Shown here: piece after piece, positions 14,588-40,569 of the stretch
Layout of the letters: each line of letters opens with the position of its first letter
Position numbering within the stretch: the stretch's first letter is position 1
Assembly: GCF_964355755.1 (NCBI RefSeq)
Contig: NC_092670.1
Location: 39,854,388-39,918,387 of the forward strand
Source: Antedon mediterranea
Lineage: Eukaryota > Animalia > Echinodermata
Reading direction: 5' to 3'
DNA: 64,000 nt
Program-made: the position numbers and the translations under genes
Notes under the pieces: model-generated
Seen by the model: the letters and a program-made list of their open reading frames with translations, nothing else
Database searches by the model: none
Told to the model about the DNA's origin: nothing

Positions 14588-15011
14588 TGACGTCATCATT
14601 ACGTATAGAATAAGGCAGCTGAATTTAAGATTAATTTTGATCTCTGTAAGATATGACCGTCCTGATGTAAACGGTATATAGAAGATGTCACTCAGACACC
14701 TGCTGAACAATATACCGTTTCTGCAAGTCGATAACATTTTCTTAATACTTCGATTTCTATCATCAACCCAAACAAGATGAATGATAATTGTTTCATAAGC
14801 TCAAATAATAACAAAGCACTTATGACGTATGATATATAGTTTCTATGCCAACGTGAGTGCGAATGCTTTTTGACCAATCAGAAGTAGGTGTACTGCGAGT
14901 GAACCCTGATGTTGGTTGTAAAGTTATAAAAAGTGAATTGGGAGCATTTCATTAGAAATTGAGTAAGGGTTTGGTTAGGTTCGGTAACCACTGGAGGAAC
15001 GGACGGTAACC
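14588..15011 (+). promoter_or_regulatory. Putative promoter and non-coding exon 1 of the MCH-like gene
   Basis: Full CRE TGACGTCA at 14588-14595, CCAAT near 14875, TATAAAAA at 14925-14932, Inr-like TCATT near 14949, donor gtaagt at 15012 and acceptor ttatag|15518 just upstream of the ATG. Confidence 0.55.
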
Positions 15012-15524
15012 GTAAGTAATTTTGCTTATTTTGTTCATTATTATTTGAAGTAAAATTATTAAATTGTCATCCTTGTGAGGTAAGTATATACATATTTTAC
15101 AACTTGATGTAGCCGATGCACAATACAGCTCTGTCTACACTATCAAACTAGTTTGAAACAAAAAAAAGGTACCGGTAGTGATGCTCAAATGATGTGGTAG
15201 TGATATGACATCATCATGTCCATATGGGCACATCATATTTTTCACATAAAGTAGTTTGATAGTATAGACAAGGCTTAACGGACTGTTAAAATATAGTTTG
15301 GAAGTAAAGCTTTACAATTTTATATAATAAATTAGGTTACACATAAGTTGTTTTTTTGCGATAATAATATTAAGCGATTGTATCAAAGTGTCCGAAAACA
15401 AGGACTTAATCCACACTCTCCACCGTCACATTTTTTAACTATTGCTAGAATATTATCAGATGGATTTAACGAAATATACCAATTGAATTGAACGTTTTTG
15501 TTTTCATTTAATTATAGACTAAAA

Positions 15525-17317
15525 ATGCAAAAGTTAGTGCTACTCTGCCTTGTTATCATGATAGTGGCGGCAAGCGCGGTATTTGCAGCAGCAGCAGACG
15601 ACTGGTCTTTGCCGCCTAAATTTGACGATAGACCCCTCACTGATGCTACCGCGGCTGAGGCAACTAAGGTTAGTATCACCAATTAACCATACTAGGTCAC
15701 AGTGTGATAACCTAAATAATGCAGCATTCGTTCACTTTGTATGTGTCTTAATATAGTTCACCACCTAAATAATGCAGCATTCATTCACTTTGTATGTGTC
15801 TTAATATAGTTCACCACCTCCAGAGGTTTAAATTGGAATTCTGAATCGTTTCTATATATTTCCTAATTTGTGAAAACACATGGTTTAAAGAGACTGTAAT
15901 GACTGTCAAATAATCATTCTGTCGAATTTTATTCTATTACCATCATACACTATAGTGGTCTTTTTATTGTTATTGACGGTGAGTTTAGTATACTATTAAT
16001 TCAAATGCGCTTCTGTTCTGTTTCATTTGTTTAAAACGTATCAATTAAATTAATTAAGCCTTGGTTGCCACGTCGTGAACGTAACGCGATGCAGCGACGT
16101 AGGCGCAACGCAATTTGACCACAATCACAAGCAACAATTCGGAAGACCCATCTTGGTCAAATTACTTGCATTACGTCTAAAGCTCTGTCTACACTATCAA
16201 ACTTTATGTGACAAAAAAAGTGGTGTGCCCACGTCACTACCATATTTGGGCATATCACCACCATATTTGGGCACATCACACTTTTTTTTTGTCAAACAAG
16301 TTTGATAGTGTAGACATGCAGAGCTTAAGTGACAACGAAGCTTTATTTATTAAATAAAGCGCTATGTCGATATTTGAATTCAAGTTTGTAAACATTTTTT
16401 AAAGGATAATGTTGGTTCACATACATCCACTATCCTGAAGCGAAGCAGGAACTCATCCGTGCGTCTTGTTCCCTGTATGGACTGGCTTCGAAAAAGATGG
16501 CGATATTGCTGGGTTAGATCAAAGGTATTTTAATCTATTTAAAGAATTACTTGCACCCACGTAAGCATTATAGATGAAATTAAAGAAGTTTCTCTAAATG
16601 AAAATAATCTCAAATGTTATTAAGTTACTAATTTTCCTATGAAAACACTTTCATTTCCATAATAGACCCTATCACTTCCTTTAGATTGCACGACTTTGAA
16701 ATCTTTATTTAACATGTAATTCATTTTCGTTGAGATAACGAGAGAGAAGGCAACAAAACACAGTTAAATTAACCAAATTCAATCTAAAGATGAGGAAAAC
16801 CAAACCGTCCAATGGGATTGTTAAACCGCGTGAATATGCTGATGCTGCTTCCTCTCGTCCGTTTGAGCGTACCCCAACGCCTCTCATGAGAACGCGTTAA
16901 ACGGAGTATGTTCGCACGGATAACGCGTTAAATAAACTGATTCACGTATTTAGCACATGCGCAGGGGAAATGGTTACCGTTTGGTAACCAACATTTGTAA
17001 CCTGCGATAATTAACCCCATTGCGTATAATGTAAAGGAAAGATTGGAATAATTCGAATTAAACTTAATACATTTGAATTATTTGCCAAGCGGCCAATAAA
17101 ATACAATATACCGCAACAACATTTCTTATTTTGCTTCATTAATTATCCAGTAACTCATTGTGATAAAACTAATGCATTTTAGTCCATAACAACCCATCAA
17201 AACTTTATGCATTTCCATGATACGTTTAATATCATCATCTTCATCTAGACATCATCAAATTATTAAAATTTAAATAAAAAGTATGTTTAATGATTTTTGT
17301 CATTTCAGTCAAGCTAA
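15525..17317 (+). CDS. MCH-like (melanin-concentrating hormone-type) neuropeptide precursor, 90 aa; coding exons 15525-15668, 16405-16524, 17309-17317
   Basis: Signal peptide MQKLVLLCLVIMIVAASAVFA, an acidic spacer, a KR site, then SRNSSVRLVPCMDWLRKRWRYCWVRSKSS*. Junctions are phase 0 GT-AG. The C-M-D-W-x4-W-R-x-C pattern matches the starfish MCH-like peptide as I recall it (CMDWIHNTWRPC). Confidence 0.85.
15708..15820. repeat. About 53-bp tandem duplication in an MCH-like gene intron
   Basis: acctaaataatgcagcattc.ttcactttgtatgtgtcttaatatagttcacc occurs twice. Confidence 0.85.
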
Positions 17318-18769
17318 ACGCAATAACAGCATTCAACAACTCCTAACCCGACACAGTCCGATATCCTGGTAGCGATCCAAAGAGAATAGGAGGCGAACAT
17401 TGTCAAAGAAAAAAACACACTATCAGGATTGAACCCGAAACCGTACAAATACAACTCATGAATGTAACCCAATAGAAGCCAAAGGAGCAGTTACGCGTTT
17501 GTGCCTGTCTAAGCTTGGTTCCCACTAGAATGTAAAGCAAGGACGTCAACGCAACGCAAGCGTGTTGACCAATGAGAAGCGACAGTTCGAATAATCCCTC
17601 GCTTGTGATTGGTCAACTTCACGTTGCATTACGTCCTTGTGTTGCTACTCTAGTGGAGCTAAGCATTTCCTTATCGCCTTTATTTTAGTTTTTTGTTTTT
17701 CTAGTTCTAATCGACTAATTATGATTTTGAACATTTTGTAGGCATATAAGACGGTATATTTAAGGTTGTAAAGAATCATGTACAGATAAACCGTTCGGTG
17801 CCCATTTATCAGTTAAGTGTATTTTATGCATTAAAATAAGCTTCTTTAAACTAAGATGCGATTGCGATTTTTTGTGTGCATTCATCTGAAATGTGAATCT
17901 CACGTTCACACGCTCGAACCCATTACATCGGTGGAAATGATAAAAAAAAAACCGGCGGAGAGGCGTTCACATAAAATCCGTGATACAGTCCACAATTTCC
18001 GGAATCCGGGGGAGGAGGGGGGTGTTCCTGTAAGCAAGGTAATTTAATAAAAGGATGCCGAGTTCCGGAGATCAAAGGCTTTATCTGTGGTTGCGACACG
18101 ATCAGTTCCACGCTCCTTAGCAGACACCGCGCGCCGCGGAATGTGTATAGTACTGTATAGTACAGTACTGTTGGTATTTATTACAGTTAGGCATAAGATC
18201 AAATGACCGTAGCGTGTTTCCTATCTTGGCAAGGCGAGCTCAGTTTCCTGTAATTAGATTTTCCTTGCTGTAAGCATATCGACTATAACTTATCAAGCTA
18301 ATGTGTTGTTCAAATAATCAGTGCTGTAATTTTAGGCGATATTCTTTTGTCAATGAAATAGTGAATGAATGACGAATATATCATGCACAATGCGACTGTA
18401 ATTAATGAACCTAGATTTATACTGCAATTGTTTCAGTAGTCATTTAAAGTTTGTGTCCGCACAACAATAGAAGGTGACAGTTTAAGATTTGACATTAAGT
18501 TGAGTTATTTACTTAACCGGTGACAGTAAACAACATCGCCATCTGCAACAACAAGTTTTTAATCTTTGTTCTCAATGGTATAACGTGTATCGATCGGTCT
18601 AATAATAGTAAATAGCTTAAAAATCAAAACAATGTGTCTTAGGCTATAGAAAACAAAAACAGTCAGATGGGTTTGATGAATGAACAATCAATAACGTAGG
18701 TACTAACTTGCTAAATATTAGTATAGTATTTTGAAATAGGTTGAGAGCGCGTGGCACATAAACACAATG

Positions 18770-19015
18770 TTGACGCGCGTACAAACCCTGTATCATTATC
18801 AGTGTTCCAACGCGCGCGTACGAAAGAAGTACCATTATTTTTAGGGTTTCAACGCGTGCGCGTACAATAGTTGTACCATTATTATCGGTGTTTCAACGCA
18901 CGCGTACGAAAGTACCATTTTTATCAGTGTTTCGACGCGCGCGCGTACGAAAGAAATACCATTTTTTACAGTGTTTCGACGCGCGCGTATAAAAACCTGT
19001 ACCATTATTATCCCT
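18770..19015. repeat. Degenerate ~40-bp CpG-rich tandem repeat, about 6 units
   Basis: ACGCGCGCGTACGAAAG..TACCATT.TT.TCAGTGTTTC.A units. Confidence 0.8.
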
Positions 19016-20451
19016 TTTCATTCACAGACCAAAAAAAAAACCCCCAAAAATATAATTTTTCAACGAAAAAATCTCTATAAACTCTATAGTACTTGATCAT
19101 TACTACTGGTATATTATTCGTTTACATTTTGTTACTATTCATAATAATATTTTTACTGCGTCACTTTCAGTTACGATATTTTCATAAGACTTAAAGATAA
19201 GATAACTTTTAAGACTCACATTAATAATTGATAGATGTTTTGAGGCAGATTCTACAGTAGTAAAAATAAATGAACGTTCAATAATCATTTAACATGCTAA
19301 ACCAGAAGTGTTGAATTACTTGAAACAACAAACTTTGTAGTGCAACATTTTACAACGCATGATAAACTACATATGGTCAGTGACATCGACAGACATGTGA
19401 CCAACACATTCAAACCCCCAGCTCGCAAAACCAAATTAAGATTACCCGAAACCGATCCACAAGGGGTTTACGCTTTGAATGAAGAGCCTATACATTGATG
19501 TAAACAAGTAAACACGTTTTACCTTTGTGGTTTGACTGACAACAATGTATACATAATAAATCATTAGATAAAAGTGAAATATTTTAATGACTCATAAACT
19601 AAAGCATCATCATCACAATTTTTATCACCTCGCTACTCTAAGGAATTAATCATTTGTTTTCTTGAAATAATAATTTGTCAGGCTTAGCAATTTTAGAAAA
19701 TGTACAGACATAAAGAGTAAAGATTTTAGTCTAGAAAAACCTGTTTTTTTTTTTTTTGGATTAATGAACGTCAGTTGACCTTATAGCGCTCATGTTTTAC
19801 TCAATCAATAAAACATAAGTTTATTCGGATTCGATCACAATTTTTGCTGTACAACTAATAAAGTTTCGAGTCAACAATATTAGTGTTGAAATATTAAATC
19901 CAAGCAAATGCTCAAATGCTTCTGAGCTTTCGAACAGAAAGACTTTTCCTCTCAACATTGGAAAAGAAATATATTGAAATCAGATTGAATTTTGGTATAA
20001 AAATGCACAAATGAAAGATGCCAAAAATAATAGTAATAGTTCATTCTTATATAGCGCATATAAGCAAGCTGCCAATGTGCTGAACATTATTACCCCGGTC
20101 ATTGTTTGGATCAAACACGTATGGAACATACTCCCATAATAATTCAGCTAGTAATCAGCGCAAAGAACACAATCATTAACAACATTCTTAGCTTGATTAC
20201 CATCTGCAACAAAATGATTGCATTTACTTGTGGTCTGGTTTCTGTAACCCCCAGGTATTCAGTTTCTATTGCTCTAAAGCTCTGTCTAAACTATTAAAAA
20301 AGTGTAATGGTCCCAAATATGGTAGTGATATGACATCATCATGTCCATATATGGTCACATCACATTTTTGTCACATAAAGTTTGATAGTGTAGACAGAGT
20401 GTTATAGCCTCCATGGCGTTGTAGGAGAGACACCACTATTGGTACAGCAGT

Positions 20452-32959
<12,508 letters not shown>

Positions 32960-34771
32960 CGAAGTTATTATTAATTAAATTCACTCTCTGTTACACTACT
33001 TTTCGATAATGCAGCCGCGCCGGTGAATCGACGCCGAAACGTAACCACCATGTTCTCTTGTTGTAGAGTAGAGGGCGGCAAACAAACAAACAAACAAGAA
33101 TGTATGGCGCGCGAGTAGAGTCTTCTGTTGTCTGTTGTCATGCTCTCTTGTTGTGCACATGCAATCGGTAGGCCTATTACAATAATTATTATACTGTATT
33201 ATCTTATACGCTGTCGTTATTTTTCAAATCCGAGCATATTCAAGCCAAGACAAATAATCCGATTTTTTTTATGATATTCAGTGTTCATTACCGTCCTGTT
33301 ATTGGCGAATTTATTTTGCTGTTGGTTGGATTTGGAAATAAATAAAATAAAATAAATATTACTGTGTCCGAACCTCGTCATCTTTTCCAAGAGCTTGTGA
33401 GTGTTTTTACCATTGCTAGGCTATAGGCCCACAGGTCATTAAAACTTCGGATAACTGTAAATTTTCTCAAAGTTAAATAAGTACTCAAAATACCATTCAC
33501 AAAATATATTTATTATTTATGTGCATTTTGTTTTTTTTTTTCAAACAAAACAATATTCATACATGGTGTATATACATTTTATTAAAAAGTAAATATATGC
33601 ATAATTAATTACCAATAAAAACATCAAAACAGTTCGACAATTAGGTCGTACACAGAGTTTCGTTTATATTCAAGCTTTAAACTATAAGGCCAGTTGATAG
33701 TGACACTATTCAAGATTCAAGAAATTGTATTGGTCCACTTTAAAATGGAAATTCATTTTGATTGGCATAATTAAGACAATAAAACAACAACAAAACATAC
33801 ATCAAATTGCGAAAGACAATGTTAAAATACCATTTTATGTTAAAAAACTAGCTTGAATAAAAGTTAGCAGTAGGCCTATTCGGTTAGATTAGGTTAATGT
33901 TTTATTTCTGACATTTTCTGAGAATAGATAAAATTAGAGAAAAGTAAAGTTACATAAAATTAAATAAATCACTGACATTATGATATATGAAATAAGTAAT
34001 TGAAGAGATTTTATTAGGCATCAATATCAGTTCTTGAATCTAAGGGGAACTAGAGTTCTGATCCTCTGGTCAAAACTTACTCAAGTTCTACCTTAGCAAA
34101 TTACGTAATCGATACAAAGCAATAATATTATGATTCCTATTTTCAAAATATAGGCCTAATACAATAAAATAATTTATGCTTCGTGTGCAAAAAAAAAATA
34201 ATGTAAACCAAAATTAGATATAAATGGTGGTCGTTTTAACAAACGTTATAGCCTACTCTTGATTACAATTCAATTTGAATCGATTATTAAATTTAAAATT
34301 CAATTTGTGATTGCTCCTGGTGTGTGATTGGATGTTAACATAGAGGACTCGAGTTGTGCGCGTGATAAAGAGATTACCATAACAACGGATTAAGTGCACT
34401 AATCACATAAAGAGATTGGTTGTTAGACAAAACGTTGAAGTGGTCGATTATTACAATCCTCCGACCTATAATGGTGTTTATCAAATTCGTTAAAAGGAAT
34501 TGCATTCTAGTACAAAAAATAAACCACAATGAAATATAGAAAATTAGCAGAAGTTTTTTCACTTAAAGCTCTGTCTACACTATCAAATTATTTGCCAACA
34601 CAATGTGATGTGCCGAGGATGGACATGATGATGTCATATCACTACCATATTTGTAAATATCACTACCGTATTTTGAGCACATTATACTTTTTTTGTCAAA
34701 CTAGTTTGATAGTTTAAACAGAGCCTAAGACGAGTCGCTTAAAACCTCATCCACGTGTTCTTCTAACCTGG

Positions 34772-35215
34772 TCAGCTGACAATAATCTGCGGTAACTGTT
34801 GCGCTATATTTGACGTTTTTCGTTCATAACCGGTACAATTTGGGTATATTGCATATTCACCCGCGTGACGGGTGGGCAGTGGAGAGTTTGGACAGGACCT
34901 CCACCCGCGTTGTGACGTCAGAGACGCGTCATTTTCCTTCTCTGTATCCTCCTCGTCCTCAGTAATTTTGCTCAATGTTAACAATGACTTTGATAATTTC
35001 TTGGTGTAAAGTGATGCATTTTGTGGGTTGTTAACAGAGTTTAAATGTTTAATAGGCATTGTTTCCTCCTTTATAGTCTTTTTCTTGTGTATAATTCTAT
35101 GTCCTTTCTCGATTCTTTTTGGTATTTGTTCCTCTCGTTTTTTACGTATTTCTGCATCATTCGGATGCAGTAGGTTGTCACAGTCAATCAAAACTTCGTT
35201 AAACCTTGTTTCCAT
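34772..35215 (-). CDS. Unknown 147-aa, probably disordered protein (single coding exon)
   Basis: Long non-repeat ORF preceded by a strong acceptor (ttattctatttcag|aacATGG) with good Kozak context. Charged composition; no family recognised. Confidence 0.55.
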   Translation of the reverse strand: METRFNEVLIDCDNLLHPNDAEIRKKREEQIPKRIEKGHRIIHKKKTIKEETMPIKHLNSVNNPQNASLYTKKLSKSLLTLSKITEDEEDTEKENDASLTSQRGWRSCPNSPLPTRHAGEYAIYPNCTGYERKTSNIAQQLPQIIVS

Positions 35216-37570
35216 GTTCTGAAATAGAATAAAATAATAATGGGTACATTAGCCAATACTCATTGGGTAATTGATTAGCAAAATTAAGCTGTCTACACTA
35301 TCAACAAAACGTGACGTGTCCAAGTATGGCAGTGATGTGCCCAAACAAATATGGTAGTTTTATGACATCATCATATATGGGCACATCACATTTTTTTGTC
35401 ACATAAAGTTTGATAGACAGAGCTTTCCGCAACACAATAATGTAGGCGCGATGCTAGTGGATTTACCAATTACAAGAAGCGACATTGATTTATCGCGCGT
35501 TAGTCAAATCAAGCTTTTGAAGTGATGGATTATTTGAACAGTAGCTTGTCATTGGTAAAAACTCGCCTGCGCGTATGTCCTTGCGTTGCGTTTCTAGTGA
35601 GAGCCACGCTTTAAGCGTGGTTCCCACTAGTGACGCAACACAAGGACGTAACGCAACGCAAGTGAATTGACCAATCACAAGCGATGGCTTATTCGCTTGT
35701 GATTGCTAACCGTCTATAACTTCACTTGTCATTGGTTAAAACGCTTGCGTTGCGTTTACGTCCTTGCGTTACGTTCTAGTGGGAACCAAGCTTTATTTGC
35801 GTTGCGTTTACGTTCTTGCGTTGCGTTCCTTGTGGGAAGCACGCTTTACTTGCGTTCCGTTGAATCTTGGTGGGAACTATAGCTTTAACAGAGTAATATA
35901 ACGGTATGGGAACGTTGTGAATTTATTTTTACTGTATACATTATTCCAACATCACCATTATCAAGACCTCCAGGTTCGATGATTTACATTTGTTCAGCCA
36001 TAAATTGTGTTATAAATTATTCATATCATTTCTGTAAAATATATTAAAGAATCGTGAACCCAATCATCCTGTTGAAATGATGACTGTATGAATGTATTTA
36101 TAGCGAAAATAAACCGCAGGTTCCTTAAGACTAATGGGATCACCACCGTAGCATTCGCTCTCATGGGATCTGGTGCTCAAGAATCGATAACGGAAATAAT
36201 TTTCCACTGATGAATGAATAAATGAATATAAAAATTAGTTCCCACAATCAATTACAAAAATATAGTATATAAGTAAAATGTTTCCAAACGGTTTGCCTCA
36301 AAATCGTATTCTTGTTCACATTTTCAATTAAGTACAAATGGTATTGATATTTTGTTGGAATAACGTCAATTCAATTCAATTCACATTTATTCAGCAATAT
36401 AAATAATTACATTACATGGATTTTACAGAGACAAGTAATTGTCTGTAGTCATAAGACCCTTTGGAAAAAAGTAATATCACAAAGAAAAAAAACATGAAAA
36501 AATGTTTTAAAGTTGAAAAAAAAAAGAAATAAGCAAAAGTATAAATACATATAATATAAAACGAACTAACACGTCCTCGTCACATACAAAGAGTATTCTA
36601 TGCAATGTACATTGACCTTTCAATTACCTAAATATGGTAGTGATATGCGCAAATATGGTAATGATAATCCTTAAATATGGTAGTGATATGACATCATCAT
36701 GTCCATATATGGGCAAATCACATTTTTTTAAACATTTGATAGTGTAGACAGAGCTTTATGCATTTACTTAACTCGTTAAAATCATATTCTTTTACAGAGA
36801 TGACACAAACGTAATCGATTGTCTAAAATCAAAATTCGACTAATCAACGTGACTTTAAAAACATTTTACAAATTAATTAGATTCACGATAAACACATAGG
36901 TCTAATGAAATCTAAAGAATTGTAATAGCAATAATTTCCTGAAATATTGTATCGACAATATTAGTGTGTAAATCAATCAGGCCTTGCATCACCGGACATT
37001 ATATAAAGGGCATTCCGGGACGTGTCTAGGCCACCAAACGATGAATATTACGGTATACTTACAGCTTGTTAAAATACTGCTTACGATTCTGCCGGTGTTT
37101 AAATAATGAACAATGCGGTTCCTACTTTTAAAACAAAACCCTGACTCGACTGTGCCACAATACGACGACACAACTTTAAACTTATTTTCCTAAATTCTAA
37201 AACTGATGCGGAAATAAACAATTAACACGTTCATCATTCCAATGGAGAAGCTCCTACTACTTAACATCAATCTATCAACAACCGTCCGTATGTAAATGAT
37301 TTCCGGACAGGAAAATACATAATTAAAAAGGTAATCAAACGCTATGTTACCATAGCTATCAAATGATATTTGATGTCGATGAAACTGCTTGCATCACTAT
37401 AGTTAGATTCTTCATAATAATGAATATGAATTAACATCGCGTAGACGTAAACAGAAGTTCGAATTGAAAACAACAATATTAATTTAAACATGTTGCATGT
37501 TTATGGAATGATATACTTTATTACAAAATCATCTTAACATCATGTTGGAATTTCACAACGAACACGAAAG

Positions 37571-37915
37571 TTAAAGATGTATTGTCCCCCTGAAAAAATA
37601 ATTCTTTAATTTTTTTTTTTTGAATATGCCATTTTAATGTCACATAATAGTTTTATCTACTTTGACTACAAATTGGATCTAAAAAAACTATTTACACTTA
37701 CACTTAAAGCACAAAAATAGTCAATATTGACTGGCAGCCAATGGGTTTTTGGATGAATTTAACCCTTTATTTTGTCATTTTATAAGTGAAAATATTATTT
37801 GTTTTCGGTTTTTTTCTATGGTAGAAATTAACTTTAAAACATCAAAATAACCTATTTAAAGTCTGATTTAGTTAATCTTCATTTTTCATGTTTTTGGGTG
37901 ACAATACATCCTTAA
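37571..37915. mobile_element. Kolobok-like non-autonomous DNA transposon; further copies near 25677-25970, 59332-59566 and partial 22645-22860
   Basis: TTAA|AGATGTATTGTCCC ... GACAATACATCC|TTAA, i.e. a TTAA target duplication with RR..YY ends. Internal sequence gaatatgccattttaatg is shared between copies. Confidence 0.72.
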
Positions 37916-40569
37916 AAATGTATGTTGTGAAATGATATATCATTACGTCATCATCTTTACATCAGGGTTACTGCATCTTAGAATTTCACATAAACGAACA
38001 CGAAAGTTAACGTTAACAGAAATTAGTCCCGTAGGAGAATACAGAATGATGATCATCTTACTGAAATAATTATTTGATGCTCATATTTCAAGTTCCAATA
38101 TGCTTGTTAACAACAAGACATAACATTCTGTTCTTTAGGCTTCGTTCAAACTCATAAATTTTGTTGACAAAATATTGTATAGGCATCACAGTATTATGAC
38201 GACATCTTATGTGTTTATAATGCCGTCCTATTTATGTATATATAAACTTTTTTTCATGATATGATATAAACAATAAACTATAGTATACAATGATCTCTAT
38301 GACTGCTCGGTTCAACGTCAATGCAAAACGTGGTTCCTACTAGGAGGCGCGGCCTAGAGACGCAACGCAAGGACGTACGCGCAACGACCAATGACAAGCC
38401 ACTGTTAGAATAATTCATCGCTTGTGATTGGTCAAATCACTTACGTTGTGTTACTTCCTTGAGTTGCGTTGCTAGTGGGAACCAAGCTTTACATTATAGT
38501 AAAGACCGTATAGATGGTGGGCTTCATATTAAAATCTCATCTATTAGAGAGGGTCTAAGGTCTCTAGCACCTGTAAGTTCAAGAAACATCTTTTTTTAAA
38601 CAACTTAGTTTTTACACTAATACGCGTTTGTTGTATTGTGCTAATCGTTCCTATGTTATTTTGATATATTATTAAATGGCATGTTGCAAATTACAGCGTG
38701 TTTCTTAATAACATCTGTATTGTTATTTTGTTTTGCTTATTTATGGTTGCTATGACTAACATCTTGATGAATGCTGTTGCCAGGGACACTCATCTTCCGA
38801 TTGTTAAACGGTTCAATGATGTATATCCTAAATGGAATACAAGCACGAATAATAATTACATCAAGCTCTGACAATATGGTACACCAATCAATCTGTCATC
38901 TTTCTCACTCAGAGATTGGACAAAAAGTAAAATACCTGCTTTACAATTTGAGAACGTAATAAATTAAAAGTTATATTTTCTTGTGTGAATAAACATGATT
39001 ACAATCGTCAGAAACACGTTGGTTTTAGCAACTTATCCGTGGCATTCAAGCGACGCTTACCGTTACCGCTCGTCTGTGTAAATTGGCCGTACGACGGCTT
39101 CGTTCGTTTCCATTATTCTAACAAAACGGCGGTGCCGTCTTATCAGCCGTCGTTTCGTGAAACCGAACCAAGTGTGAATGCACCTTTATAGTGTGCGAGA
39201 GAAGTAGTCTGCACTGATAACACACCTTGTAAATGTGTTAAAAAATATAACAAATTAGAAAAAAGACCTAGAGACAACTAATGAATTGTTTTTTACGATG
39301 ATAACCTTTTCCTTTCGTACTTTCTTTGACTCTTTGGGTGACCTGTACATTAGCAGATTAAACGTGCAACAAAACGACTGTAATGACCAGCGAAGCTAGC
39401 CCAACGGCAACAAAATACTTCTCCAGGTCGACTATATAGCTGATTAACATTGAGGGATTCTAATGAAAATGTGTGCTAGGAAGCGTTAACAATCTTAATT
39501 ACAACCCTAAAGGTATATTGTTGTAATATGCATTTCAGCAATTATAAACATGCATTAAGATACATGATTAACAGTAGTTCATATGAATAAAAATACCTGA
39601 AGACGATCAATATTAAAATGAATACTGAGAGAAGACGGAATAATATCGCGTATTGTGCTTTTAATTGAAACTTCAACCGATTCTATACTTGTTGTATTAA
39701 ACTGACTTTCAACAGTCGGTTAGATATTATCAAATGACAGAATCATACTACTGTAAAGCTCTGTCTACACTATCACATTTTATGTGACCAAAATGTGATG
39801 TGCCCATATAATATAACACATTTAATCAGAACATCAGATTGATTTATCTAAATACTCCTTGCAACAGCTAGCTAGGAACTATATCAGAATGGTATCAACG
39901 ACGGCAGGCTACGACCAGCTGGCTACGACTGACAATTTATAATTCTCTATTTGAAATCTTTATATAAACTATCGAAAAACTAAGGTGAAAACTAACAAGA
40001 GTACAAAGCCACACTTACCTTTTTATTAGTTTCACCATGCATAAAAGTCAAATTCATATGCATAACCCTATTGAATTTTCTCCTAATACAGATTGTCTTT
40101 ATACTAAAAGGAAATCATGCGATGAAAGAAAATCACGGAATGTCGATTGAGAGGCATTGTGATCTTTGATCACGACCTTTAAACGGATTGAGTTTAAATA
40201 AATCTCAACAGCAATGAACTCTATAGTTCGAGTCACCAGTGTTACCAAAAAGAGAGACACTTAAGCTTGGCTCTTATACAAAGACGCAACGTAATAGACA
40301 CATCGCGCAATCATAACCTGACCAATCACAATCAATGTTTTAAGTGGAGCAGGCGTGCTTGATGGACGAGCATCACTGACAATTGTTGCAGTAAAATATT
40401 ATATATCTGATTTTTGTTTTTAATAACCAGAGTTTGCGATAATTATAATCTATGGGACACAACATTTAGGCATTAAATTTCGATAAATATAATAGATATA
40501 CGTATAAGTCCAAAGTTGCAACAAATTAAACATAATACCTTAATATTGGGTAGGTAGTACCCACTTGTA

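Noticed and set aside
17930-18140. CpG-rich patch with CCGGAA-like motifs
   Set aside because: No associated exon or TSS evidence and cannot be told apart from a repeat fragment.
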